Assembly (NCBI GenBank): GCA_050257775.1
Contig: JBLMXM010000002.1
Span: 1-42,629, forward strand
Length of the DNA stretch: 42,629 bases
DNA from: Hyphomicrobiales bacterium
GTDB lineage: Bacteria; Desulfobacterota; Desulfobacteria; Desulfobacterales; SpSt-501
Direction of reading: 5' to 3'
Part shown: piece by piece, positions 29,979-40,865 of the stretch
Numbering within the stretch: the first letter of the stretch is position 1
How the letters are laid out: each line of letters begins with the position of its first letter
Position numbers and translations under genes: made by a program
Notes under the pieces: generated by a model
What the model saw: the letters and a program-made list of their open reading frames with translations, nothing else
Told to the model about the DNA's origin: nothing
Database searches by the model: none

Positions 29979-30722
29979 TCAAACGCGCCCAAAGCGGCGT
30001 TCCCGACTCTTAAAGTCGTCGAGGATCTGCAGAAACTGCTCACGGCTGAAATCCGGCCAGAGTGTGGGAGTGACGTAAATCTCCGTATAAGCGATCTGCC
30101 ATAGCAGGAAATTGCTGATCCGCATGTCTCCGCCGGTCCGGATCAGGAGATCGGGATCGGGGGTTCCGTGCGTGTCCAAATGCGCAGACAGCATCTCCTC
30201 GGTGATGTCCTCGGGTCGCAGGCGACCATCCCGCACCAAGGCCGCCAGCGCTTGGGCGGCACGGGTGATCTCGTCACGCCCGCCATAGCTCAGGGCCAGG
30301 TTGAGATGAAGGGCTGCGTTATTCCGGGTGCTCTTCATGGCTTCGGTCAAAGCTCCCTGGAGATCCTTCGGGAGACGCTCCCACTGACCGATCACATGCA
30401 ACCGGATTCCGTTCTGGAGCAATTCCTGCAATTCGGTTTTCAGAAAGCGACGCAAAAGCCCCATCAGGGCTTCCACTTCGGCTCGCGGCCTCAGCCAGTT
30501 CTCTGTGGAAAAAGCATAAAGAGTTAGAAAGCCAATCCCCAGTTCGCGACAGGTGCGCACCGCCGTCCGCACCGCTTCTGCGCCTTTCTCGTGTCCCTTC
30601 ATGCGGGACATCAGCCGCTGTTTGGCCCAGCGCCCGTTGCCGTCCATGATGATGGCCACATGAGCGGGCAGCTCGCCCGACGCGCCCGCGCCGGGACCGG
30701 TGGAAGGCGAATTAGAACTCAA
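29979..30722 (-). CDS. uppS: Undecaprenyl diphosphate synthase
   Basis: HVAIIMDGNGRWA, YAFSTENW, RISNFLLWQ; probable TTG start overlapping the frr end (start uncertain). Confidence 0.95.
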   Translation of the reverse strand: MSSNSPSTGPGAGASGELPAHVAIIMDGNGRWAKQRLMSRMKGHEKGAEAVRTAVRTCRELGIGFLTLYAFSTENWLRPRAEVEALMGLLRRFLKTELQELLQNGIRLHVIGQWERLPKDLQGALTEAMKSTRNNAALHLNLALSYGGRDEITRAAQALAALVRDGRLRPEDITEEMLSAHLDTHGTPDPDLLIRTGGDMRISNFLLWQIAYTEIYVTPTLWPDFSREQFLQILDDFKSRERRFGRV

Positions 30723-31269
30723 GGATCTCTTTCTCTTTTTCTTTGTAGGACTCATCGATCAAGCGGATATGCTCGTCGGTGATTTTCTGGATCTTGTCCT
30801 GGGATGCGAAGGCGTCGTCCTCTGATATCTGGCCTTCCTTTTTCAGATCCTTGACCAATTCGTTGCTATCACGGCGGATGTTGCGGACCGACACCTTGTA
30901 CTCCTCGCAAATCTTGTGCACGACCTTGACGAGTTCCTTGCGGCGCTGCTCGGTCAGCGGCGGCACGGCGATCCGCACGATTTTACCGTCGCTGGACGGA
31001 GTGAGGCCGAGGTCGGATCTCAGGATGGCCTTTTCGATCTCCTTGATCACGGTGGCATCCCATGGCTGGATGGTGATTAAACGGCTCTCGGGCACCGCCA
31101 GCGTGGCCAGTTGGTTGATAGGCGTCAGCGTGCCGTAGTAGTCGACTTTGATCCCGTCCAGAAGCGACAGGGAGGCACGTCCGGTGCGAACGCGCTTGAG
31201 CTCTTTCTTCAGGACGGCGAGCGCCTTCTCCATGTTCTCCCGGGTGTCCTGGTAAATAGAATCGATCAT
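30712..31269 (-). CDS. frr: Ribosome recycling factor
   Basis: RTGRAS, DYYG, PPLTEQRR; start MIDSIY after GGAGGAG. Confidence 0.97.
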   Translation of the reverse strand: MIDSIYQDTRENMEKALAVLKKELKRVRTGRASLSLLDGIKVDYYGTLTPINQLATLAVPESRLITIQPWDATVIKEIEKAILRSDLGLTPSSDGKIVRIAVPPLTEQRRKELVKVVHKICEEYKVSVRNIRRDSNELVKDLKKEGQISEDDAFASQDKIQKITDEHIRLIDESYKEKEKEILEF

Positions 31270-31413
31270 AAGGTTCTCCTCCATCACTCGATCGGCAGAT
31301 CTCCGCGCGCGGTAGGTAGGGCCATCGATCAGGCGCCGAAGCTGGCTGGCTTCCATCGGCGGATCGGAAACGTTCGGCCATCCGACGCCCTCGGCTCTGC
31401 GGCAGGGTTCGAC

Positions 31414-32130
31414 TCAACTATTGATCCGGGTGCCCACTTCCTCGCCGCAGACCACCCGGCGGATATTGCCCTTGGTCTTCAGCTTGAATACGGCGAGCGG
31501 CAGATCGTTGTCCATGGCCAGCGAAATGGCCGTCATGTCCATCACCTTGAGCTGCCGTTCCAGCACCTCCATGTAGTTCACCCGTTTCAGCAGCTTCGCG
31601 CCCTTGTTCTGGACTGGGTCTGAATCATAAACGCCATCCACCTTGGTGGCCTTGAGCAGCAGTTCCGCGTGGATCTCCTGGCCGCGCAGCACGGCTGCCG
31701 TGTCCGTAGTGAAATAGGGATTGCCGGTACCGGCGGCAAATATGACCGCACGTCCCTTTTCCAGATGGCGAATGGCCCGGCGCACGATATACGGCTCCGC
31801 CACCTGGTGCATTCCGATGGCGGTCTGGACCCGGGTCTGGATTCCCTGTTTCTCCAAGGCATCCTGCAACGCCAAGCTGTTGATGACCGTGGCGAGCATC
31901 CCCATGTGGTCTGCCGAGGTGCGGTCCATTCCGTAAGAGCTGGCGGCGATTCCCCGGAAGATGTTACCGCCACCTACAACGATGGCGGCTTGCACGCCGA
32001 TTTCCACGATGGAGCGGATCTCCTCGGCCACGTACCGGATCATGTCCGGACTGATGCCAAACTCCTGGTTGCCCATGAGGGCTTCGCCGCTGATCTTGAT
32101 CACCACGCGCTTGTGCTGAGGCTTGTACAC
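31414..32130 (-). CDS. pyrH: UMP kinase
   Basis: [31 protein letters not shown]. Confidence 0.98.
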   Translation of the reverse strand: MYKPQHKRVVIKISGEALMGNQEFGISPDMIRYVAEEIRSIVEIGVQAAIVVGGGNIFRGIAASSYGMDRTSADHMGMLATVINSLALQDALEKQGIQTRVQTAIGMHQVAEPYIVRRAIRHLEKGRAVIFAAGTGNPYFTTDTAAVLRGQEIHAELLLKATKVDGVYDSDPVQNKGAKLLKRVNYMEVLERQLKVMDMTAISLAMDNDLPLAVFKLKTKGNIRRVVCGEEVGTRINS

Positions 32131-32136
32131 AGCCGT

Positions 32137-32733
32137 CTACTCCCCAACTTGAAAGCGGACAAAACGTTTAATACTGATGTTCTCACCGATTTTGGCAATG
32201 AGATCGTTGAGCAGATCGCCTACCGTGATGTCGGGGTTGCGCACGTAGGCCTGATGTAGCAGGCAGCTGTCCTGGTAAAATTTCTTGAGCTTGCCTTCGA
32301 CGATCTTCTCGATGACCTTTTCCGGTTTACCCGTCTCCTTGGCCTGGGCGGCGTAAATCTCCCGCTCTTTGGCGATGATTTCGGCAGGCACATCCTCGGG
32401 TCGGATTCCCAAAGGATTGGAGGCGGCGATGTGCATCGCGATATTCTTGGCGAACTCCTGGAACTGTTCGTTCTTGGCCACGAAATCGGTCTCGGAGTTG
32501 ACTTCAACCATGACTCCCAGCTTGCCGCCCATGTGAATGTAAGCGGCGATGGTGCCTTCGCTCGTGGCGCGTCCGGCACGTTTCTGAGCTGTGGCCAGCC
32601 CCTTCTTGCGCAGGACTTCCACTGCCTTGGCCATGTCCCCGTCGGAGGCTGCCAAGGCCTCCTTGCAATCCATGATGCCCGCACCGGTTTTTTCCCGGAG
32701 CTCCTTCACCAGCTTCGCAGCGATTTCAGCCAT
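32137..32733 (-). CDS. tsf: Elongation factor Ts (short 198-aa form)
   Basis: [26 protein letters not shown]. Confidence 0.98.
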   Translation of the reverse strand: MAEIAAKLVKELREKTGAGIMDCKEALAASDGDMAKAVEVLRKKGLATAQKRAGRATSEGTIAAYIHMGGKLGVMVEVNSETDFVAKNEQFQEFAKNIAMHIAASNPLGIRPEDVPAEIIAKEREIYAAQAKETGKPEKVIEKIVEGKLKKFYQDSCLLHQAYVRNPDITVGDLLNDLIAKIGENISIKRFVRFQVGE

Positions 32734-33635
32734 TATGCCTCCCCTGTCGTCTGGTCGTCGTCAGGGCTGGACGGGGCCTCGGCCTCTCCAGCCGTGACGT
32801 CCGCCGTGGACCGCCGGATGACTTCCACCACCGGGCCCTGGCCGCCTTCGGAAATCACCTTGCGCTCACCCGGCTTCAGATCCGCCGCGGCGCTCAACGG
32901 CTGGGGCTGCTCCTCCGACATCTTGTCGGCATCCGCCTGCATGCGTTCGCCCCATTTCTGCTTGCCCTCGATACAGGCATCCGCCATCCGGGAGGTCAAG
33001 AGGCGAATCGCGCGGATTGCGTCGTCGTTCCCTGGGATAGGAAAGTCGATTTCATCCGGATCGCAGTTCGTGTCGACCACAGCAACGATGGGGATCTTCA
33101 GCCGACGGCCTTCATGCACGGCTATCGCCTCGTTCTTGGGATCGATGATGAAGATCGCCCCCGGCAGGCGCTCCATGCTGCGAATACCTCCCAGGTTCCC
33201 GTCCAGTTTTTCCCGGTCTTTGCCGAGCTGAATGCGTTCCTTCTTGGGGAATAGGTTGATGGAGCCGTCGTTGTGGATGGTGTTGAGGTAGTTGAGCCGA
33301 TCGATGCTTTTGCGGATGGTTTGAAAGTTGGTCATCATGCCGCCCAGCCAACGGTTGTGGACGTAGAACATCTCGCAGCGGTTGGCCTCTTCGTATATGG
33401 CTTCCTTGGCCTGTTTCTTGGTGCCGACAAAAAGAACCGACTTTCCGCCGGCGGCGGTTTCCACCATAAAATCATAGGCCGTCTTGAACATCTTCACGGT
33501 CTTCTGCAGGTCGATGATGTAAATGCCGTTGCGCGCCCCGAAAATGAACGGCTTCATCTTCGGGTTCCATCGCTTGGTTTGGTGTCCGAAATGAACTCCC
33601 GCTTCCAGGAGTTCCTTCATGCTGACATAAGCCAT
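32733..33635 (-). CDS. rpsB: 30S ribosomal protein S2
   Basis: [28 protein letters not shown]. Confidence 0.99.
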   Translation of the reverse strand: MAYVSMKELLEAGVHFGHQTKRWNPKMKPFIFGARNGIYIIDLQKTVKMFKTAYDFMVETAAGGKSVLFVGTKKQAKEAIYEEANRCEMFYVHNRWLGGMMTNFQTIRKSIDRLNYLNTIHNDGSINLFPKKERIQLGKDREKLDGNLGGIRSMERLPGAIFIIDPKNEAIAVHEGRRLKIPIVAVVDTNCDPDEIDFPIPGNDDAIRAIRLLTSRMADACIEGKQKWGERMQADADKMSEEQPQPLSAAADLKPGERKVISEGGQGPVVEVIRRSTADVTAGEAEAPSSPDDDQTTGEA

Positions 33636-33654
33636 TTGCCTCTCCCTTCTTTTC

Positions 33655-33737
33655 GGTTTTTTTCCACCGCTGCCGTCATCCCGGCCTCCAGTCCCGACCC
33701 CGGGACACCGGGAGGCAAGTCCGGCAACGTGCGTGTT
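33655..33737 (-). promoter_or_regulatory. rpsB 5' leader (t44/S2 autoregulatory RNA-like)
   Basis: ACACGCACG start, long hairpin with GGTG and GGGGTC, ending GTGGA...AACC before the RBS; same layout as known rpsB leaders. Confidence 0.65.
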
Positions 33738-33785
33738 GAGTTAACCGCCGATAGTCCTTAGAAATTGTTTTAAATAGCAACTATC

Positions 33786-34682
33786 TTACCGAGTTGCAAC
33801 ATTTTTTTTAAACAGCCAGACCACCCGGTCATGGCCGCTGTAGTCCCTTGCCCAACCGAATCCCTCATAACTCCCGGCCTGCTCGGCGATTTGTTGCACG
33901 GCTGGCCTCTGGTCGGCACCTATCTCCAATAGCAGGCTTCCCCCCGGGGCGAGATACCGGTAAGCCTCCCCGATGATCGCTCGATAACTGCGCAGCCCGT
34001 CCGCATCGCCATCCAGAGCCAGTCTGGGCTCATAGCGCGCGATCTCCGGCGCGAGCCGGTCAATCGCTGCGCTCGGCACGTAAGGCGGGTTTGAAACGAT
34101 CAGGTCGAACATCGCCCGCCCCGGTTTCAACGCCGAGAACCAGCCGGCAACCCAAAAACCCACGCGCCGGGGCACTCCCGCGTCCTCCGCGTTGCGACGG
34201 GCGATGGCGGCGGCCGCCGGCGAGATGTCGGAGGCATAATAGCAATGCTCCGGCGCTTCGGCAGCCAATGCCAAAACAATCGCGCCTGAGCCGGTCCCCA
34301 GATCGAGAACACGGCTCCGACGGCCGGCCGGATATTTCTTCAAGACAGCCAAGGCGGTTTCCACCAGACGCTCGGTCTCAGGCCTGGGGATGAGCACCTC
34401 CGGCGTGACCGTGAGCTCAAGCGTCCAGAAGCCTTTCCGGCCGAGGATGTAAGCAGCGGGCTCCCGGCGCAGACGCCGAAGCAGCAGCTGCTTGAACACG
34501 GAAAGCTCAGGCTTCTCCAGGGGTTGGTCGTGGCGCACATAGAGTTGCACCCGGTCGGTATTGAGGGTATGCGCCAGCAGCAGTTCCGCCGTGGAGCGCG
34601 GGCTGTCAATGCCCCGCTCCTTCAGGAAAGCCGCGGCCCACTGGAGCACTTTCAGGACCGTCCAATCTAGGTTAGTGTTCAT
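33786..34682 (-). CDS. prmC: Release factor glutamine methyltransferase PrmC/HemK
   Basis: EP.AYILG, VLIPRPETE, DLGTGSG, SNPPY, EP..ALDG..DGL; downstream of prfA. Confidence 0.96.
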   Translation of the reverse strand: MNTNLDWTVLKVLQWAAAFLKERGIDSPRSTAELLLAHTLNTDRVQLYVRHDQPLEKPELSVFKQLLLRRLRREPAAYILGRKGFWTLELTVTPEVLIPRPETERLVETALAVLKKYPAGRRSRVLDLGTGSGAIVLALAAEAPEHCYYASDISPAAAAIARRNAEDAGVPRRVGFWVAGWFSALKPGRAMFDLIVSNPPYVPSAAIDRLAPEIARYEPRLALDGDADGLRSYRAIIGEAYRYLAPGGSLLLEIGADQRPAVQQIAEQAGSYEGFGWARDYSGHDRVVWLFKKNVATR

Positions 34683-34816
34683 CCAGAAATGGTAGATTTC
34701 GGCTCAGGCCAAGGCCGCAGCGATTTGGCCACCGCAGGCGTAGTGAGACTACGTCGAGGATTGCCAAGAGCGAGAACGCCGGCCTGGACCGAAAGATGCC
34801 GTTTATGGGTGCACAC
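34675..34816. mobile_element. Palindromic MITE-like element, family 2, inserted at the prfA/prmC junction
   Basis: Terminal IR 14/18 (34675-34692 vs 34799-34816), central gcgtagt-gag-actacgt hairpin, gttagtg direct repeats at 34671-34677 and 34820-34826. Confidence 0.78.
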
Positions 34817-34820
34817 CATG

Positions 34821-35900
34821 TTAGTGGCTGGCGGCCGGTTCGGCATTCTGGAGCGCTTGGGCCTGATAGTGAGTAGTCAGCCCGTCGATCAGGTCCTGGA
34901 TGCCCCCCTGGAGCACGCTGTCCAGCTTGTAAAGGGTCAGGCCGATGCGGTGGTCGGTCACTCGGCTCTGGGGGAAATTATAGGTGCGGATACGGCCGCT
35001 GCGGTCGCCCGTCCCGACCTGATTCTTTCGGTCCTCGGCCCGTTTTTTCTCCTGCTCCTGGATTTTCATGTCCAGCAACCGTGAGCGCAACACCTTGAGG
35101 GCCTTGTTTTTGTTCTTGAGCTGGGACTTCTCGTCCTGGCAGATAACCACCAGGCCCGATGGCAGGTGAGTGACGCGCACAGCCGAGTCCGTGGTGTTGA
35201 CGCTCTGCCCGCCCGGGCCACCCGACCGATAGACGTCGATGCGCAGGTCGTTGGGATTGATCTCCACGTCCACCTCTTCGGCCTCGGGCAGCACGGCCAC
35301 GGTGACCGCCGATGTGTGAATGCGTCCCTGGGTCTCGGTAACCGGCACCCGCTGCACGCGGTGGATTCCGCTCTCGTACTTCAGGACGCTGTATGCACCC
35401 CGGCCCTGGATCATGGCGATGACTTCCTTCAGCCCGCCCACGCCCGTTGGGTGATGCGAGAGAATTTCGACCTTCCACCCCCGATCCTCCGCATAGCGGC
35501 CATACATGCGGAAAAGGTCGCTCACGAAAAGTGCGGCTTCATCCCCGCCGGTGCCGGCTCGGATCTCCATGATGATATTCTTGTCGTCGTTGGGGTCTTT
35601 CGGCAGCAGCAGGACCCGCAAGTCGTTCTCGAGCTGATCTCGCTCCGCCGCAAGGGCCGCGAGCTCGTCTTTCGCCAGGGCTCGGATATCCGTATCCCCG
35701 TCGTTCAGAAGTCCGCGGCTCTCCTCGATGCGGCCGAGCACATCCTTGTAACGCCGGAAGACCGTGACGATCTTGCCGAGCTCGGAGTGCTCACGCACCG
35801 TCTTCTGGTAAACCTCGCGGTTGCCGATAACGGCGGGATCGCTCAACTGGCGCTCCAGTTCAACGAACCGCTGTTCGACGCCTTCCAGTTTGTCATACAT
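34821..35900 (-). CDS. prfA: Peptide chain release factor 1
   Basis: PVT anticodon-mimic motif, [11 protein letters not shown]; start re-placed to MYDKLEG. Confidence 0.98.
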   Translation of the reverse strand: MYDKLEGVEQRFVELERQLSDPAVIGNREVYQKTVREHSELGKIVTVFRRYKDVLGRIEESRGLLNDGDTDIRALAKDELAALAAERDQLENDLRVLLLPKDPNDDKNIIMEIRAGTGGDEAALFVSDLFRMYGRYAEDRGWKVEILSHHPTGVGGLKEVIAMIQGRGAYSVLKYESGIHRVQRVPVTETQGRIHTSAVTVAVLPEAEEVDVEINPNDLRIDVYRSGGPGGQSVNTTDSAVRVTHLPSGLVVICQDEKSQLKNKNKALKVLRSRLLDMKIQEQEKKRAEDRKNQVGTGDRSGRIRTYNFPQSRVTDHRIGLTLYKLDSVLQGGIQDLIDGLTTHYQAQALQNAEPAASH

Positions 35901-35944
35901 GGCCTGGGTACCTATTCCCCGTTCACATGCCAAGATGCCGCGGC

Positions 35945-36148
35945 GCAGTCCGGATGAGCGGTTGAGGATGGCGGCTGATGGTCCGAGCCGTCCATGAATT
36001 CTTGGTCCGGGCTCCCTCTCCAAACCACGCCGGAGCCATAAGCCGGCGGGGCATCTCCAGCCGCAAATCGGGAACACGGGCCTGCTCCGGCCATAGGATC
36101 CCGCCTTCGACGGGACTTATCCGGGCTGCGGCGCCTGCCATATATTCG
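35945..36148. repeat. Structured element, copy B of family 1 (module Y)
   Basis: Closing stem 35945-35958/36116-36129; 15/16 and 19/21 identity blocks with copy A. Confidence 0.78.
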
Positions 36149-36348
36149 TACAGAACCCGCCCGGCCCAGCGGATCGAGGGGTTCCCGACCCCGAAAGCCG
36201 ACGGGGTCATCTGCAAATGACCGGGATTGGATGCTTTTGCGAGTGTCGGTCGGCCCTGCAGCCCCGGCTTTACAGCGTTCAGGCGATAGGGCCGCACATC
36301 AGAAAAAACGAGCCGGCCCCTTTTACGGGGTGCAAGCGGCGGGAGCAG

Positions 36349-36570
36349 CTAAGACGCTTTTTCCTTGCTCTGGTATTTCTGATACTTCTTGCGGAAGCGC
36401 TCGATGCGGCCTGCGGTATCGACCAGTTTCTGCTTACCCGTAAAAAACGGATGGCAATTGGAGCAGATTTCAACGGTGATGTTGTCCTTGGTCGAACCGG
36501 CCTCGATCACGTTCCCGCAGGCACAGCGGATTTTCGTTTGCTGATACTTCGGATGAATGTTCTCTTTCAT
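36349..36570 (-). CDS. rpmE: 50S ribosomal protein L31 (zinc-binding C+ type)
   Basis: [29 protein letters not shown]. Confidence 0.98.
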   Translation of the reverse strand: MKENIHPKYQQTKIRCACGNVIEAGSTKDNITVEICSNCHPFFTGKQKLVDTAGRIERFRKKYQKYQSKEKAS

Positions 36571-36599
36571 TATGGTCAAACCCCCTCCTGTGGAATCAT

Positions 36600-37847
36600 T
36601 TACGCATTCATGGACGCCAGAAATTCTTTATTATTTCTCGTCCCTTTCATTTTTTCAAGTAAAAATTCCATGCTGTCCACCGTGTTGAGGGTGGTGAGCA
36701 GCTTGCGTAGGATCCAGACCCGGTTGAGCACCTCCTCGGCGAGCAGCAGTTCTTCCTTGCGGGTGCCGGATCGTTTGATGTCCACGGCGGGAAAGACCCG
36801 CTTGTCGGCGAGCTTGCGGTCGAGCTGGATTTCGGCATTGCCGGTGCCCTTGAACTCTTCGAAAATAACCTCGTCCATGCGGCTGCCGGTGTCTACCAGG
36901 GCCGTTGCGATGATGGTGAGGCTGCCGCCCTCTTCGATATTGCGGGCTGCACCGAAGAAGCGCTTCGGCCGCTGCAACGCGTTGGAATCGACGCCGCCGG
37001 ACAGGATCTTGCCGCTCGGCGGCACCACCGCGTTGTGCGCGCGCGCCAGGCGCGTGATGCTGTCGAGAAGGATGACCACATCCTTCTTATGCTCCACGAG
37101 ACGTTTGGCCTTCTCGATGACCATCTCGGCCACCTGCACATGCCGCTCGGCCGGCTCGTCGAAGGTGGAACTGATGACCTCCGCATCGACCGTACGCTCC
37201 ATGTCGGTTACTTCCTCGGGCCGTTCGTCGATCAGAAGCACGAAGGGGACGACATCCTTGTGGCTCTTGATGATGGCGTTGGCAATCGACTGAAGCAGCA
37301 TGGTCTTGCCGGAGCGGGGCGGGGAGACAATCAGGCACCGCTGGCCGAATCCGATGGGGACCATGAGATCCAAAATGCGAGTCGAGTAGTTTTCCGGGTC
37401 GGTTTCGAGGCTCGTCTTGCGCTCGGGGTAAAGCGGCGTGAGGTTGTCGAAGAGGATCTTGTCGCGGGCGACCTCCGGGTCCTCGAAATTGACCGCCTCG
37501 ACTTTCAGCAGCGCAAAGTAACGCTCGGACTCCTTGGGCTGCCGGATCTGACCGGAGATGGTGTCGCCGGTGCGCAGGTTGAAGCGCCGGATCTGAGAGG
37601 GGGACACATAGATGTCGTCCGGCCCCGGGAGGTAGTTCGAACTGGGCGAGCGCAGAAAGCCGAAACCGTCCGGCAGGATTTCAAGAGTCCCCTCCCCGTA
37701 GATCATGCCGTTCTTCTCGATCTGGCTCTGCAGTAGGGCGAACATCAGTTCCTGCTTGCGCATGTTCGAGGCCCCCTCGATATTGAACTGCTTGGCCATC
37801 TGCATCAGTTCGTTGATTTTCTTTTCTTTGAGTTCAGCGATGTTCAT
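36600..37847 (-). CDS. rho: Transcription termination factor Rho
   Basis: [38 protein letters not shown]; start MNIAELK. Confidence 0.99.
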   Translation of the reverse strand: MNIAELKEKKINELMQMAKQFNIEGASNMRKQELMFALLQSQIEKNGMIYGEGTLEILPDGFGFLRSPSSNYLPGPDDIYVSPSQIRRFNLRTGDTISGQIRQPKESERYFALLKVEAVNFEDPEVARDKILFDNLTPLYPERKTSLETDPENYSTRILDLMVPIGFGQRCLIVSPPRSGKTMLLQSIANAIIKSHKDVVPFVLLIDERPEEVTDMERTVDAEVISSTFDEPAERHVQVAEMVIEKAKRLVEHKKDVVILLDSITRLARAHNAVVPPSGKILSGGVDSNALQRPKRFFGAARNIEEGGSLTIIATALVDTGSRMDEVIFEEFKGTGNAEIQLDRKLADKRVFPAVDIKRSGTRKEELLLAEEVLNRVWILRKLLTTLNTVDSMEFLLEKMKGTRNNKEFLASMNA

Positions 37848-37917
37848 TAAAACGATTCCCCTTGATCTCGCATCGGACACCATCATGCATCCGCGCGTAG
37901 TTCCGGCGCCAGCGGCG

Positions 37918-38140
37918 ACCGGTGCGGCTGAGTTCAGAAGATTGCCGAGTTTGTCTTAGGTAATTGCGCCGTCAACAACTACAACCTTAACCGGGGTAGT
38001 CACTTGAAAGAAACAGGAAATAACCTTGCACCCCTATCAGGGAATATACAACCGACGGGCCATGATCAGGTGGTTAGAAGATTAGGATCCATGTCGGTTG
38101 CACAGGAGGATTTTAAGACGTTAGAAGTAAGAGAATCCTC
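37918..38140 (-). promoter_or_regulatory. Long rho 5' leader with pyrimidine-rich hairpin loops
   Basis: Three stems whose loops carry CTTCT(G)AAC; candidate -35 TTGACA at 38205-38210 (minus). Confidence 0.55.
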
Positions 38141-38342
38141 ACAACTGGCGGGTTGACCTTGTCCTCGGACCTATGGTTCTAGTTTTATATCAGAATCCTG
38201 TAACTGTCAAGCGGTTTCGTATTTTCGGGTGCTAAAAAAAATGTTACTATTTCTCCGGCAACCCGGTCCGAGAGGCCAACGGCTGGCGGCATTCAAGGCT
38301 TCCCTGTAAAATCCGCCGGCGCCTGCAGGTTGCCGGAGGGAT

Positions 38343-39656
38343 ATGGTGTTGAAGTATGCTCCCGACTGGCTTTCGGTCGTTCCAGGCGCCTACCTGGTCG
38401 GAGGCTGCGTCCGGGATCTGCTTCTGGGGCGGACCCCGGCCGACTATGATCTGGCGGTCACGGGTGACCCATCGAAATCTGCGCGGGAGCTGGCGGCGGC
38501 CAGCGGGGGCCGCGTCATCGAACTCGGTAGGGCTGGTTTCCGCCTATGGCGCGTAGCCGCCGCCGGCCGCATCATCGACGTAACTCCCGCCGCCGGCGGC
38601 AGCATCGTCGAAGACCTTCGTCGCCGGGATTTCACGATTAATGCCCTGGCCATCGACACGGCCACCGGAGAAATCATCGACATCACCGGCGGCCGCAACG
38701 ATCTCTCGGCCGGGATCATCCGCATGGTGGCCACCGCGGCTTTCAATGCGGACCCGGTGCGGCTGATCCGGGCCTTTCGGCTTGCGGCGGGCCTCGACTT
38801 CGCTATCGAACCGCTGACCCTGGCCGCTGTCCGGCGCGGGGCCGGCCTCATTCAGAATTCCGCCGGAGAGCGCATCCGCGACGAATTGTTCAAGCTGCTC
38901 GCCTGTCGGAACGCCTATCCGCACTTGGCCGCCATGGCCTCCGCCGGAATGCTCCAGGCCGTCTTTCCGGAGATGGACTTCTCCCCGCCCGGCCCCGGCC
39001 TGAGTCCCATCCAAAGCATTGAATCCCTGCTGGATGGCTTCGCTTCTTTTCCACCGGATGTCGCCGCCCGTCTTTCGGCGGAATTCCCGGCACACCGCCA
39101 GGCGCTGCTTAAGCTTGCCGCCCTGCTGAGGTCCAGCGGCAGCCGGCGGCAGGCGACCGACGACATCCTGACCCACATCCGGAATCGGCTGCGCCTGTCC
39201 AATCGCGACACGGCGCGCCTCGAGTCCCTGCTCCGTCCGGCGGCTCTGCCGTGGGAGGCGCTTTGCAGGGAGAGCTTTTCCGCGCGCGAGCAGGTGCGCT
39301 TCTTCCGCAGGTTCGGCACGGAAGCGCCCGATTTCCTCCTGCTGATGATAGCGACCGGCAGAGCGGACACCGCCGCGCTCCCGGGGCCGCCCGAGTCTAT
39401 CGAGGCCGCAATCCGAAAATGGCTGGACGCTTATTTCTTCTGGTATCTGCCTCGGGCTCTGTCACCCCCGTCCATCACCGGCAATGATCTCATCCGGGAA
39501 TTCGGGCTCAAGCCCTCGGGCCGGTTCAAAGGCATCTTGGACTCTATCGAGGAGGAGCGACTGTCTCGAGATGGGTTCACCCGCCCTGAGGCCTTGGAGC
39601 TGGTGAAAAAGTTTCTAAAAACCCATCCTGAAGCAAAAACAAGGGTCCCATCTTAA
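38343..39656 (+). CDS. Class II tRNA nucleotidyltransferase/poly(A) polymerase family; probable CC-adding enzyme with degenerate HD domain
   Basis: YLVGGCVRDLLLG..ADYD, EDLRRRDFTINA, DPVRLIRAFR, ERIRDEL. Confidence 0.9.
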   Translation: MVLKYAPDWLSVVPGAYLVGGCVRDLLLGRTPADYDLAVTGDPSKSARELAAASGGRVIELGRAGFRLWRVAAAGRIIDVTPAAGGSIVEDLRRRDFTINALAIDTATGEIIDITGGRNDLSAGIIRMVATAAFNADPVRLIRAFRLAAGLDFAIEPLTLAAVRRGAGLIQNSAGERIRDELFKLLACRNAYPHLAAMASAGMLQAVFPEMDFSPPGPGLSPIQSIESLLDGFASFPPDVAARLSAEFPAHRQALLKLAALLRSSGSRRQATDDILTHIRNRLRLSNRDTARLESLLRPAALPWEALCRESFSAREQVRFFRRFGTEAPDFLLLMIATGRADTAALPGPPESIEAAIRKWLDAYFFWYLPRALSPPSITGNDLIREFGLKPSGRFKGILDSIEEERLSRDGFTRPEALELVKKFLKTHPEAKTRVPS

Positions 39657-39695
39657 AGCGCTGCGGCGATGGAACCCTTGGTTGCTTCAGAGAGG

Positions 39696-40520
<825 letters not shown>

Positions 40521-40606
40521 TTATATCCTTCGTCATATATCTGCAGACTATCCGCCGGGGATGATTCCATTGCGTCGTTTCCGACGGCACGAAAGGGGCG
40601 ATACAG

Positions 40607-40813
40607 TTGAAGGAAATCGAAGTCAGGGTCATCGACAATGACATCGAAAAAGCAATGCGTATTCTGAAGAAAAAAATTCAGAACGACGGTCTCTTTAAGC
40701 GCTTGAAGCTGAAAAAGAGCTACGAGAAGCCGAGCGAATTCCGGCGGCGCAAGCAGCGCGAAGCGCAGCGAAGGGAACGCATTGCCGCGGCCCGGGCCGC
40801 ACGAAGACGCTAA
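40607..40813 (+). CDS. rpsU: 30S ribosomal protein S21
   Basis: IEKAMRILKKK...YEKPSE.RRRK; TTG start after AAAGGGG. Confidence 0.93.
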   Translation: MKEIEVRVIDNDIEKAMRILKKKIQNDGLFKRLKLKKSYEKPSEFRRRKQREAQRRERIAAARAARRR

Positions 40814-40834
40814 CCTCTCAATCCCGTTGAACCG

Positions 40835-40864
40835 AACCCGGTGGGCTTTCCCACCGGGTTTTTT
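40835..40864 (+). terminator. Intrinsic terminator after rpsU
   Basis: aacccggtggg-cttt-cccaccgggtt followed by T-run. Confidence 0.88.
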
Positions 40865-40865
40865 C

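Noticed and set aside
36149-36165. acagaacccg resembling the RNase P RNA 3' consensus
   Set aside because: Lacks the GGCTTA continuation and there is no upstream GAGGAAAGTCC
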